Source: an uncultured Candidatus Saccharibacteria bacterium (GTDB lineage Bacteria; Patescibacteriota; Minisyncoccia; Phycocordibacterales; CAYQYW01). From it: a stretch of 63,280 nucleotides of DNA. Position numbers and translations under genes: made by a program. Below are positions 30,885-39,200 of the stretch, piece by piece. Within the stretch, counting starts at the first letter, position 1; every line of letters begins with the position of its first letter. The notes beneath the pieces were generated by a model that saw only the letters and a program-made list of their open reading frames with translations, was not told where the DNA came from and ran no database searches. The stretch spans positions 1-63,280 of the forward strand of contig CAYQYW010000006.1 in NCBI GenBank assembly GCA_964421995.1. The letters are read 5' to 3'.

Positions 30885-31058
30885 TTACTCTGAAACGTAA
30901 GGAAGTAATCCCATGAATCGTGAACGCTTCACTGCGTTCGCTAAGGCTCGTTGATCTTTGGCATTCAATCCAGTTTTCTTTCTGGAATAAATTCTACCGT
31001 GTGGATTGAGAAATACTTTCAACGCCTCTATTTTTTTGTAATCAAATCTAGTATTCAT
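30885..31058 (-). CDS. rpsR: Ribosomal protein bS18
   Basis: 57 aa from the ATG at 31058 (MNTRFDYKKIEALKVFLNPHGRIYSRKKTGLNAKDQRALANAVKRSRFMGLLPY). This start lies 1 nt after the ssb stop. The longer track ORF overlaps ssb and was rejected. Confidence 0.85.
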   Translation of the reverse strand: MNTRFDYKKIEALKVFLNPHGRIYSRKKTGLNAKDQRALANAVKRSRFMGLLPYVSE

Positions 31059-31059
31059 A

Positions 31060-31485
31060 TTAAAATGGTATATCGTCTGGATTAATGTCTTCTTCTGGAT
31101 ACTCAATTGCGTTCGCTTCTTTTGGCTGTTCACCTGCTGGTTGAGCTGGGGTTGCTGCTCCTGCTCGTGGACCAAACTGTACACGATCTGCAACAATTTC
31201 AGTTCTATACTTTTTTGTTCCGTCCGCTTCCCAACTTCGTGTCTGCATCCTTCCCTCTACAAATACAGGACTTCCTTTCTTTAGGTACTGTGCTGATGTT
31301 TCTGCCTGACGTCCAAACACCACAATGTTGTGATACTCAGGAGATTCTTGCTTCTGTCCTTCCTTATCCTTCCATACTCGGTTAGTTGCAACACTAAACG
31401 AAGCAACTTGTACACCAGAAGGAAGTGATCGTAGTTCAGGATCTCTTGTTAAATTACCGTAAATGAATGCTTTGTTAATATACAT
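31060..31485 (-). CDS. ssb: Single-stranded DNA-binding protein
   Basis: 141 aa. OB-fold N-terminus (NKAFIYGNLTRDPELR) and the canonical acidic tip DDIPF. Confidence 0.9.
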   Translation of the reverse strand: MYINKAFIYGNLTRDPELRSLPSGVQVASFSVATNRVWKDKEGQKQESPEYHNIVVFGRQAETSAQYLKKGSPVFVEGRMQTRSWEADGTKKYRTEIVADRVQFGPRAGAATPAQPAGEQPKEANAIEYPEEDINPDDIPF

Positions 31486-31487
31486 AC

Positions 31488-31976
31488 TTATTCAACCATT
31501 TCCTTTAGTTTATCATCTAATTCCTTTTCTGCCACAGGGACAGCTTCTTCCTTTTCATGAGGCGCTTCTATCTTCTTCTCAGGCATCTTCTTTTCTTTCA
31601 AAATTGGAGCTACTTTTGACTCTGAGTCTTCTACGGTAAGGACAATTAGGAATCGTAGAATATCAATATGTTGATCTAATTCTTCTTTTAAGGTAAGGAT
31701 GTCCTTTGGCTCTATATCAAAGGTTATCCAACCAAAATATGCCGTATCAAATCGTTCGTGTTTATTATCAATAACCTTAATCATTGTGTATGAAAGGTCA
31801 GTCATGCTTGGTGTTCCTTCAGTAACCACCTTTCCTCCATGTTTAACGATAAGTGCTTTTACCTCCTCATATTTAGCCAACATACCCTCTTCTGCAAGAC
31901 TTGGTAGTATATGAAACCCTACCTCGTATAAAGATCGGTCTTCTGCTGTTTCAATAATGTTTTTTACTTCTTCCAT
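31488..31976 (-). CDS. rpsF: Ribosomal protein bS6 with an acidic/lysine-rich C-terminal extension
   Basis: 162 aa. An S6 core (YEVGFHILP...) is followed by the tail KKMPEKKIEAPHEKEEAVPVAEKELDDKLKEMVE. It is the first gene of the rpsF-ssb-rpsR unit. Confidence 0.8.
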   Translation of the reverse strand: MEEVKNIIETAEDRSLYEVGFHILPSLAEEGMLAKYEEVKALIVKHGGKVVTEGTPSMTDLSYTMIKVIDNKHERFDTAYFGWITFDIEPKDILTLKEELDQHIDILRFLIVLTVEDSESKVAPILKEKKMPEKKIEAPHEKEEAVPVAEKELDDKLKEMVE

Positions 31977-32019
31977 GCGAGTTACAGATTAGCATACACC
32001 GCTACGATACGCAATAGAA

Positions 32020-32853
32020 TCAAGATATTCTAAAGAAATTGAGTGAATTTTCTATTACTTGACTCCTGAATGTATGAAAATCAGCCCCTCGTATGTTGGC
32101 CATTTGCTTTACCACATACTCTACGTACAGTGGTTCATTTCGCTTCCCTCTAAATGGCAGAGGAGTTACGTACGGCGCGTCTGTCTCAGACATAATCTTG
32201 TCTACCGGCAGGTATCTCACCACCTCATCATAGTCAGTAGTAAAGGTAATGACGCCCGTAAACGACATGGTGAAATCTAATTCCAAAAACCTCCGTGCGA
32301 TATCTACGTCTCCTGCAAAAAAGTGAACGTTCCCCACCACCTTGTCTCCATACTCCTTCTTTCTGTCTTTAAGTATATCGATGAGATCGTCATACGCATC
32401 CCTACAATGAATCATGAGTGGTTTGTTATGCTTTACCGCAAACTCAACCTGCCGTTCAAAGCTCTTTATCTGCACCTCTTTATTCTTTTCATCGGCCCGA
32501 AAGTAATCTAATCCACATTCTCCTATTGAAACTACTTTAGTACTTTTAATGACGTCTTCATAGTCTTTCTCATCAAACAGCTCTCCACGACTCGTAAATT
32601 CCTCTCCGTGCCCTCCTAGCTCTTGTTCGTCGACGTGCGAGGGACAGGTGTGTACTGGGTGAAGTCCAATAGACACATATATTCCCTCTTTATAATGCTC
32701 TGCGATCTCTACGGCTTTTTTTGACGTATCAACCTGTGTGCCAACAAGCACCATCCATGTGTTGTGGTCTAACGATCGCTTAAGTACCTCATCTCTGTCA
32801 TCCTTGTAGGCTGCAAAGTTTACATGAGTGTGAATGTCAAAATAATCAGGCAT
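32020..32853 (-). CDS. TatD-family metal-dependent hydrolase
   Basis: 277 aa. The HTH motif (FDIHTHVNF), GECGLDY and SETDAPYV blocks are present. Confidence 0.8.
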   Translation of the reverse strand: MPDYFDIHTHVNFAAYKDDRDEVLKRSLDHNTWMVLVGTQVDTSKKAVEIAEHYKEGIYVSIGLHPVHTCPSHVDEQELGGHGEEFTSRGELFDEKDYEDVIKSTKVVSIGECGLDYFRADEKNKEVQIKSFERQVEFAVKHNKPLMIHCRDAYDDLIDILKDRKKEYGDKVVGNVHFFAGDVDIARRFLELDFTMSFTGVITFTTDYDEVVRYLPVDKIMSETDAPYVTPLPFRGKRNEPLYVEYVVKQMANIRGADFHTFRSQVIENSLNFFRIS

Positions 32854-32854
32854 G

Positions 32855-34282
32855 TTATTTTCTTGCGAAGAGTGTTTCTGGTTTTTTGTTCTGTAGTACT
32901 GCTTCTTTTATTTTCTCACTAGTGTCCGGCATGAAAGGAGTAAGGAGTCTTGCAATCTGATATAGCTCAAGAACTAGTTCACTGATAATTTCTTTTGCTT
33001 TTTCCTTGTCTGTCTTCACTAATTTGAAGGGTTCTGTTTCAGTAATCTTCTGATCAGCATCCCCTATCTTCCTCCAGATGTAATCCATTGCTTTGTTGAG
33101 TTCAAAAGCATTAACTGCGTTCGTATATTCTTCAGGGAAGACGCTTTCTTCTGATATATTAATTGGTCCATCTAGATTATCTTCCGCCATCTTCATAACA
33201 CGAGAAACTAAATTTCCTAGTCCATTTGCGAGATTTCCGTTGTATACCTCTCTAAAACGTTCCTCAGTCATCTCTCCGTCCTCAAACGGAGAAATCTCTC
33301 GAGAAAGGTAATACCGAACAGCGTCTGCTCCATATTCTTCAATAAGTGGTATTGGCTTAATTATATTTCCAAGGGACTTAGACATCTTTCGTCCACCCGA
33401 AGTCATTAATCCATGAACAAAAATTTTCTTTGGAAGAGGAAGTCCTGCAGAGAGAAGCATCGCTGGCCAAATAGCGGCATGGAATCGTAAAATATCCTTC
33501 CCTATCACATGGAAATCAGCTGGCCAAAATTTCTTGAAGTTGTCATCGGTAGCAGATCCATACCCAAGCGTTGATAGATAGTTTGCAAGAGCATCACACC
33601 ATACATACATAATTTGAGAATCATCTCCTGGAACTGGAATTCCCCATGAAGAATTTTTCTTAGCACGAGAAAAACTAACGTCTTCAAGTCCATTTTTAAT
33701 GAATGATAAGATTTCCTTCTTTCTTGTTTCTGGAAAAATCATAAGTTCATCGCTCTCAATTTTTTCCTTAACAAGATCAGTGTAGTTAGAAAGCCTGAAA
33801 AAATAATTCTCTTCTGAAAGAACTTGTGGTTCCTCATCATGATCAGGACATTTTCCATCAACAAGATCTTTTTTTGTAACAAATGTTTCTGCTCCAACAC
33901 AGTACAAGCCTTTATATTCTTTCTTGTAGAGGTCTCCTGATTCATCTAATTTTTTCCAAAGAGCAATGGCCCCTGGCCAATGCTCTTCTTTATCACTCGT
34001 GCGAAGAAAATTATCATATGAAATATTAAGAGAAGTATAGAGACTTTTAAAACGCCCAACAATTTCATTTAAAAATGGTTCTACTTTTTTTCCTGCTTTT
34101 TCTGCGGCACGAACAACTTTCTCAGAATGTTCATCTGATCCAGTAAGAAAGTAGGTGTCGTGCCCTATCATTCGATGATACCGAGCTTGAATATCCACTA
34201 TCGTAACGTTATATGCATGCCCCAGGTGAAGCTCTGCATTAGGATAGAATATTGGTGTTGTGATATAGAATTTATTCTTCAT
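32855..34282 (-). CDS. metG: Methionyl-tRNA synthetase (short form, no C-terminal tRNA-binding domain)
   Basis: 475 aa. HIGH-type motif (AELHLGHAYN), KMSKS and the class I Met-type body. Confidence 0.9.
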   Translation of the reverse strand: MKNKFYITTPIFYPNAELHLGHAYNVTIVDIQARYHRMIGHDTYFLTGSDEHSEKVVRAAEKAGKKVEPFLNEIVGRFKSLYTSLNISYDNFLRTSDKEEHWPGAIALWKKLDESGDLYKKEYKGLYCVGAETFVTKKDLVDGKCPDHDEEPQVLSEENYFFRLSNYTDLVKEKIESDELMIFPETRKKEILSFIKNGLEDVSFSRAKKNSSWGIPVPGDDSQIMYVWCDALANYLSTLGYGSATDDNFKKFWPADFHVIGKDILRFHAAIWPAMLLSAGLPLPKKIFVHGLMTSGGRKMSKSLGNIIKPIPLIEEYGADAVRYYLSREISPFEDGEMTEERFREVYNGNLANGLGNLVSRVMKMAEDNLDGPINISEESVFPEEYTNAVNAFELNKAMDYIWRKIGDADQKITETEPFKLVKTDKEKAKEIISELVLELYQIARLLTPFMPDTSEKIKEAVLQNKKPETLFARK

Positions 34283-35312
34283 TTCCTCCTATTTCTCTCT
34301 TACCCCGCTCATAGTCAGAAACAAATTCTTGTATTGCAGCAGCAATAGGTACCGATAGTATGATGCCCAAAAATCCTGCTAATTTTACCCCGACGATAAG
34401 TGCCAAGATCACCAAGAGCGGTGGCACCCCAACAATCTTCTTCACCACCAATGGGTAAATTAAATTAGCTTGAAACTGATTGGTGATTACATAGAGTCCA
34501 ATTACTAAGAAAACGAGCGTCGTTCCTCCAGACGCCATTGCAATTGCTATTGCAGGAATTGCTGCGAGGATAGAACCAAACACCGGTATTAATTCAAATA
34601 GTCCAGCAACTATCGCAAGTAAGAGTGCGTACGGCACACCAAGAATGGTGAGTCCAAGATAGAGCAATACGCCGATAAGCAAGGAGAGTATTAACTGCCC
34701 CTGCATCCACCTGCCAATTTTTATCTGAGACCTCCTCCATAAGTCTAATACATACTTCTCTTGCTTAATTGGTGTAACCACCCGCAAGAAGTTTGCAATA
34801 CCTCCCTCTTGTACCGCAAGGTAGAAAGAAAGAACAATAATTAATATAAACGAGAATACCCCTCCGAAGATTCCTGATATGGTCCTGACAAATCCCTTTG
34901 ACGTTTCAGTGAAGGTAGTCTGTAGATCAAGTATGGCCTCTTGCATTGAAAACACCGTGCCCCCCTTTTCTCCAATACCGGTTAACGGAAGTTCAATCGC
35001 ATCAAGTAAAACAGGTACCGTTGCAATAAATCCACCCGCTTCATCAAGAAGTGGTGGCAGAAATGCGTAAATCACTCCGAACAACGAGCCAATCACTGCA
35101 ATATATACAAAAATCACTCCAAGCACCCTTGGCACTTTATATCGTTTCAGCCATATCACTGCGGGTTCAATGGAAGATGCGATAACAATTGCGGTAAGTA
35201 CTACCAACACTAAGTCTCGGAGGAAAAACAGAAGTATAACCAAAAGAACCAGCAAAATTACCTTCATTATTGAACCTGTACTAATACGAATTACTACGTC
35301 TTTATTTGCCAT
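34272..35312 (-). CDS. AI-2E family transporter (PerM-like permease)
   Basis: 346 aa and about 8 TM helices, with the typical PerM/AI-2E topology and a C-terminal ELIPVFG block. Confidence 0.7.
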   Translation of the reverse strand: MANKDVVIRISTGSIMKVILLVLLVILLFFLRDLVLVVLTAIVIASSIEPAVIWLKRYKVPRVLGVIFVYIAVIGSLFGVIYAFLPPLLDEAGGFIATVPVLLDAIELPLTGIGEKGGTVFSMQEAILDLQTTFTETSKGFVRTISGIFGGVFSFILIIVLSFYLAVQEGGIANFLRVVTPIKQEKYVLDLWRRSQIKIGRWMQGQLILSLLIGVLLYLGLTILGVPYALLLAIVAGLFELIPVFGSILAAIPAIAIAMASGGTTLVFLVIGLYVITNQFQANLIYPLVVKKIVGVPPLLVILALIVGVKLAGFLGIILSVPIAAAIQEFVSDYERGKREIGGNEE

Positions 35313-35328
35313 GTACTACAATACTATA

Positions 35329-36696
35329 TTACATTTCCATGTACGACAATAAGTCTTCTATAGGGACCCGCTCCTGCTTAGCAGTATCCCTATTTCTAAC
35401 GGTCACCGTACCATCTTCTAACGTGTCAAAATCAATAGTCACACAGTACGGAGTACCAATTTCATCCTGTCTTCTATACCGTTTTCCGATATTTCCATTG
35501 TCATCAAACTCACACATCAATTCTTTACGTAACGACATAAATACTTCCCTCGCCTTTTCTACCAAGTCTGGCTTATTTTTTAGGAGCGGGAACACCGCAA
35601 CTTTAATGGGCGCCAACTTCTTTGAAATCTTTAGCACTACACGTTCACTTCCGTCTTCCATAGTTTCTTCGGTGTAGCTTTCAGAAAGTACCGCAAGGAA
35701 CAGTCGATCAACTCCTACAGAGGTCTCTACAACATGCGGTATATACTTCTCTCCCGTTACTGGGTTCAGATACGACAGATCAGTACCTGAATGTTTTGTA
35801 TGCTGCGACAAATCATGATCTCCTCGCGCATGAACTCCTTCAAGTTCTTTGAACCCGATCGAGAAATTGTACTCAATGTCGTAGGCTTCTTTGGCATAGA
35901 ACGCCAACACTTCATGTTTCTTCCACCTCATAGTATCTTCAGAAAATCCTAAGTCTTTGTAGAAATTCCACCTTCTTTCTTTCCATTCATCGTACACGTT
36001 CATTGCATCATCTGGGTGCACAAACATTTGCAATTCCATCTGTTCAAACTCTCTTTTTCTAAAAATAAACTGTCGCGCGGTAATTTCGTTTCTAAATGCC
36101 TTACCAATTTGAGCAATACCAAAAGGTATTTTCACTCTGGTAGAATCTAAAACATTTTTGAAGTTTACGTAAATTCCTTGAGCGGTCTCTCCCCGTAAAT
36201 ACGTTGGTTCCTTGTCCCAATCTCCCGTGAAGTTACCGAGGTTTGACTTAACCAACAGATTAAAGTTTTTTACATCAGTAAATTTTTTCTGCCCGCACGT
36301 TGGACATACAACCTTGTCAGCATTTTCTTTCATGAGTGCATCGATCTCTTCTTCCGTCATTTTCTCATCTGCAAATACACTAACCGCTTCGAGAAGATGG
36401 TCAGCTCGACTTCTCGTATGGCATACTTTACACTCCACCAAAGGATCAGAGAGACTGCTGACGTGCCCTGAGGCTTCCCACACCTTTGAGTTCATAAATA
36501 TACTTGAGTCCAACCCAACAATGTTTTCGTGTTCCTGAACCATCGCCTTCCACCATTCTTTCTTAATGTTGTTTGCTAATTCAGTACCATAGGGTCCATA
36601 GTCATACACTCCAGCCATTCCACCGTATATTTCAGATCCCTGATATACAAAACCTCTTCTTTTAGCCAATGATATTATTTTTTCCATGCTATTCAA
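35329..36696 (-). CDS. glyQS: Glycyl-tRNA synthetase, alpha2 (GlyQS) type
   Basis: 455 aa. N-terminus LAKRRGFVYQGSEIYGG, class II motifs and a C-terminal anticodon-binding domain. Confidence 0.9.
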   Translation of the reverse strand: MNSMEKIISLAKRRGFVYQGSEIYGGMAGVYDYGPYGTELANNIKKEWWKAMVQEHENIVGLDSSIFMNSKVWEASGHVSSLSDPLVECKVCHTRSRADHLLEAVSVFADEKMTEEEIDALMKENADKVVCPTCGQKKFTDVKNFNLLVKSNLGNFTGDWDKEPTYLRGETAQGIYVNFKNVLDSTRVKIPFGIAQIGKAFRNEITARQFIFRKREFEQMELQMFVHPDDAMNVYDEWKERRWNFYKDLGFSEDTMRWKKHEVLAFYAKEAYDIEYNFSIGFKELEGVHARGDHDLSQHTKHSGTDLSYLNPVTGEKYIPHVVETSVGVDRLFLAVLSESYTEETMEDGSERVVLKISKKLAPIKVAVFPLLKNKPDLVEKAREVFMSLRKELMCEFDDNGNIGKRYRRQDEIGTPYCVTIDFDTLEDGTVTVRNRDTAKQERVPIEDLLSYMEM

Positions 36697-38593
36697 CTAC
36701 TGTATAATCTTTAAACGTTGTGTTTGAGTCAGTTGATATATCTGTAGTAAGTGACCGCTTCTGGCCGCTTACCGTTGTATCAGTGAACCTGTCTAATCCT
36801 CTCACAGTTTGCTCATTTACCAAAACGGGGTGAAAACCAATCTGGCTCACACTAGGAAGTAGTGCTACTTGAAATGCAACCTCCCGTGGAGCTATAGCGT
36901 AGCCTGTTCCAGCAGGCAAAAAATCAACATTCCACTCAATCATGCCGCCAACTTCATTAAAGGTGACGTCTTCAATACTTGGACTCACCCTACCAAGCCA
37001 TCGCACGTAGGAAGGAATCGAAGCTACTACCGTTGCATTAGACACATCACTTGATGAATTAGTGAGCGTCCAAATAATTGTGTAAGTGGTCTCCTTCTCA
37101 GCACGCGGTGGCAAACTTCCTGAGTTAATGAATGGCCCAGTATAGAATACCGAACGAGAAGACAACTGAAGATCAGTTGCTACTTGAATATTTCTTGAAA
37201 TTGTTGACTCTACGCGTTCAGATACATTACGCTCACTCAACCTTCTTCCTTGTACACTTGCATCAAGTGCAATCTCTGAATTTCTGAAAGAGGTACCCGC
37301 AAATAAATCAAGTGGCATAAAGGTAAAGCTAACCGTACCTCGCTCTCCTGATTCAATAGAAGCTAACCTGTTTTCCGTTTCCTTACTCCACACAATAGTA
37401 TTATCGACTGAACGATAGAAACCGTCTTTAACTTTCACCGATGACTTATCTAAAATATCCCCAAACAACGTAAGGACAATAACCGCGTCGGTGACTTTCG
37501 TCGGTAGATTATTTACCCAGGTGATATCTGCACGGATCTCTCTACCACGGTTTGCAACATACTCTGCTGACGTGTCCCCATTCAATGCAACATCAAGCGT
37601 AATAAATGGGCGTTCTATCGTAATGGGCACCGCTAGCGTACTGAATGCCGCACTTATTTCCCGCTCATTTCGGTCACTCTGTATGCCCGAGGAGAATTTA
37701 AACACCCGCTCTTCCATGTCTTGCCCTATCATAATTCCACGTAGTGTTATATGTCTTTCTTGCCCTGGAGACAGGTCACCTAACCTCCACACCACATCGT
37801 CATAGGCTGGTTCCGGACTAGCACTTACAAACTCAAATCCAAACGGATATTCCACCTGAAGCAACACATCTTCCATTACAGTTGTTGAATTTGAAACAAT
37901 CGCAATATCAAATTCCATTTCTTGACCTGATACAATCTCCTTAAGCGTATCAACAACTAGCGAAAGTGGTGAGGAACTCAGCAATACTTCATGTTTATCT
38001 TCCTTGAAGAAGATAGCATTTGAATCCTGTATTCTATATTCAATAGTGATTGCAATTTCCTTGACACTATTCTCTTCCCCAAACAACACCGACCTCGTAG
38101 AAAACTCTACACGTTTTCCTGGTTCAATTGTTCCGAGTGACTCTCTAATGCGTGGTAGTTCAATATTTAAGTCACTTGCAGACCGAGTACCACTCGGATA
38201 CTCAATAATTAAATCGGCAAACTGTATGGCTACTGGATTTCTATTCACCACTGCAATTTGCAGGACTAGTTCTTCCCCTCCTGGAATTGCAATAGGACCG
38301 CTAACTTCCACATCAATATTTTCAGCAGAAACAACGTTCGAATCCTGGAAAAATACAAAAAGAGAAACAAGTACTGCTCCTATGAAAAATAAGACAGACG
38401 AAATAAACAGAATGGTAAGAGCAGAGGGCTTCTTCTTTCTTCTTACAGGGCCTTTAGTTTCTTCATGTTTCCAGCCTCTTTCAGCATCAAAATGCTGCTT
38501 TTCAAGTTTCCTTCTTTGAATAGTACCATTTACCCCTTTTCTGGAGTATAGTTCTCGACGTAATTTACCAATACCGCTGTCGTCTTTTGACAT
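36689..38593 (-). CDS. Membrane-anchored exported hypothetical protein with repeated beta-sandwich-like modules
   Basis: 634 aa. Basic cytoplasmic tail, one TM helix, then four modules that each open with an alternating-hydrophobic strand. It overlaps the glyQS start by 8 nt. Confidence 0.6.
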   Translation of the reverse strand: MSKDDSGIGKLRRELYSRKGVNGTIQRRKLEKQHFDAERGWKHEETKGPVRRKKKPSALTILFISSVLFFIGAVLVSLFVFFQDSNVVSAENIDVEVSGPIAIPGGEELVLQIAVVNRNPVAIQFADLIIEYPSGTRSASDLNIELPRIRESLGTIEPGKRVEFSTRSVLFGEENSVKEIAITIEYRIQDSNAIFFKEDKHEVLLSSSPLSLVVDTLKEIVSGQEMEFDIAIVSNSTTVMEDVLLQVEYPFGFEFVSASPEPAYDDVVWRLGDLSPGQERHITLRGIMIGQDMEERVFKFSSGIQSDRNEREISAAFSTLAVPITIERPFITLDVALNGDTSAEYVANRGREIRADITWVNNLPTKVTDAVIVLTLFGDILDKSSVKVKDGFYRSVDNTIVWSKETENRLASIESGERGTVSFTFMPLDLFAGTSFRNSEIALDASVQGRRLSERNVSERVESTISRNIQVATDLQLSSRSVFYTGPFINSGSLPPRAEKETTYTIIWTLTNSSSDVSNATVVASIPSYVRWLGRVSPSIEDVTFNEVGGMIEWNVDFLPAGTGYAIAPREVAFQVALLPSVSQIGFHPVLVNEQTVRGLDRFTDTTVSGQKRSLTTDISTDSNTTFKDYTVVE

Positions 38594-38612
38594 ATATGAA
38601 AGTATAACACAG

Positions 38613-39200
38613 CTATAGCTGTGTTTCTTTGAGCGATGCGTTGATCACCGAAAGAATGCCCTTCTTTTGGCTTTCCATACCTTCAAGAAGCATTCTATCT
38701 ATTGAAGCAGTATCTAAATATTGCTTAATTGAATCCTTTCCTGAAATATAGCCAAGGGAATACAGAATGCGAAGCACAATTAAATACTCAGCACTTTGTA
38801 ATTCCTCTTCTGATAAATCAGACTTCGTAATAAAGAGAAAGCCTGAAATTACTGAATCATACAACTCCTTATTCCTCTCTTCACCTTGTATCAATCTACG
38901 AATCAGTACAGTAATTTTTTGCAACAAACTAAATTGTTCGGAATTACAATTTGTATAGAAACTTTCTATTCCTTCTGCTCCCACAATTCTCCAGACCTCT
39001 CTCCCTTGAACAAGAGAAATATTTGCCCTAGATAGAAGTTGCAGTGAATAACGTAATTTTGAAGTTTCTTTTCTGACCCCTCGTGCAACCGCATGAATTA
39101 AACCGAACTCTTCCGTTAGCAAATGTATATATTTATCAGATTCTCTGGTGTCCACTCCATGGAGAACAATACCTTCGGTCTGATAGTTAATGTGGGTCAT
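38613..39200 (-). CDS. recO: DNA repair protein RecO (short)
   Basis: 195 aa. N-terminal OB-fold pattern (TEGIVLHGVDTRESDKYIHLLTEEFGLIHAVARGVRK) plus a helical C-terminal domain. Confidence 0.6.
   Translation of the reverse strand: MTHINYQTEGIVLHGVDTRESDKYIHLLTEEFGLIHAVARGVRKETSKLRYSLQLLSRANISLVQGREVWRIVGAEGIESFYTNCNSEQFSLLQKITVLIRRLIQGEERNKELYDSVISGFLFITKSDLSEEELQSAEYLIVLRILYSLGYISGKDSIKQYLDTASIDRMLLEGMESQKKGILSVINASLKETQL

Noticed and set aside
30885-31196. The 103-aa long form of the rpsR ORF.
   Set aside because: The N-terminal 46 codons overlap the ssb coding region out of frame and are Q-rich nonsense. The bS18 homology starts at the ATG at 31058, 1 nt after the ssb stop.
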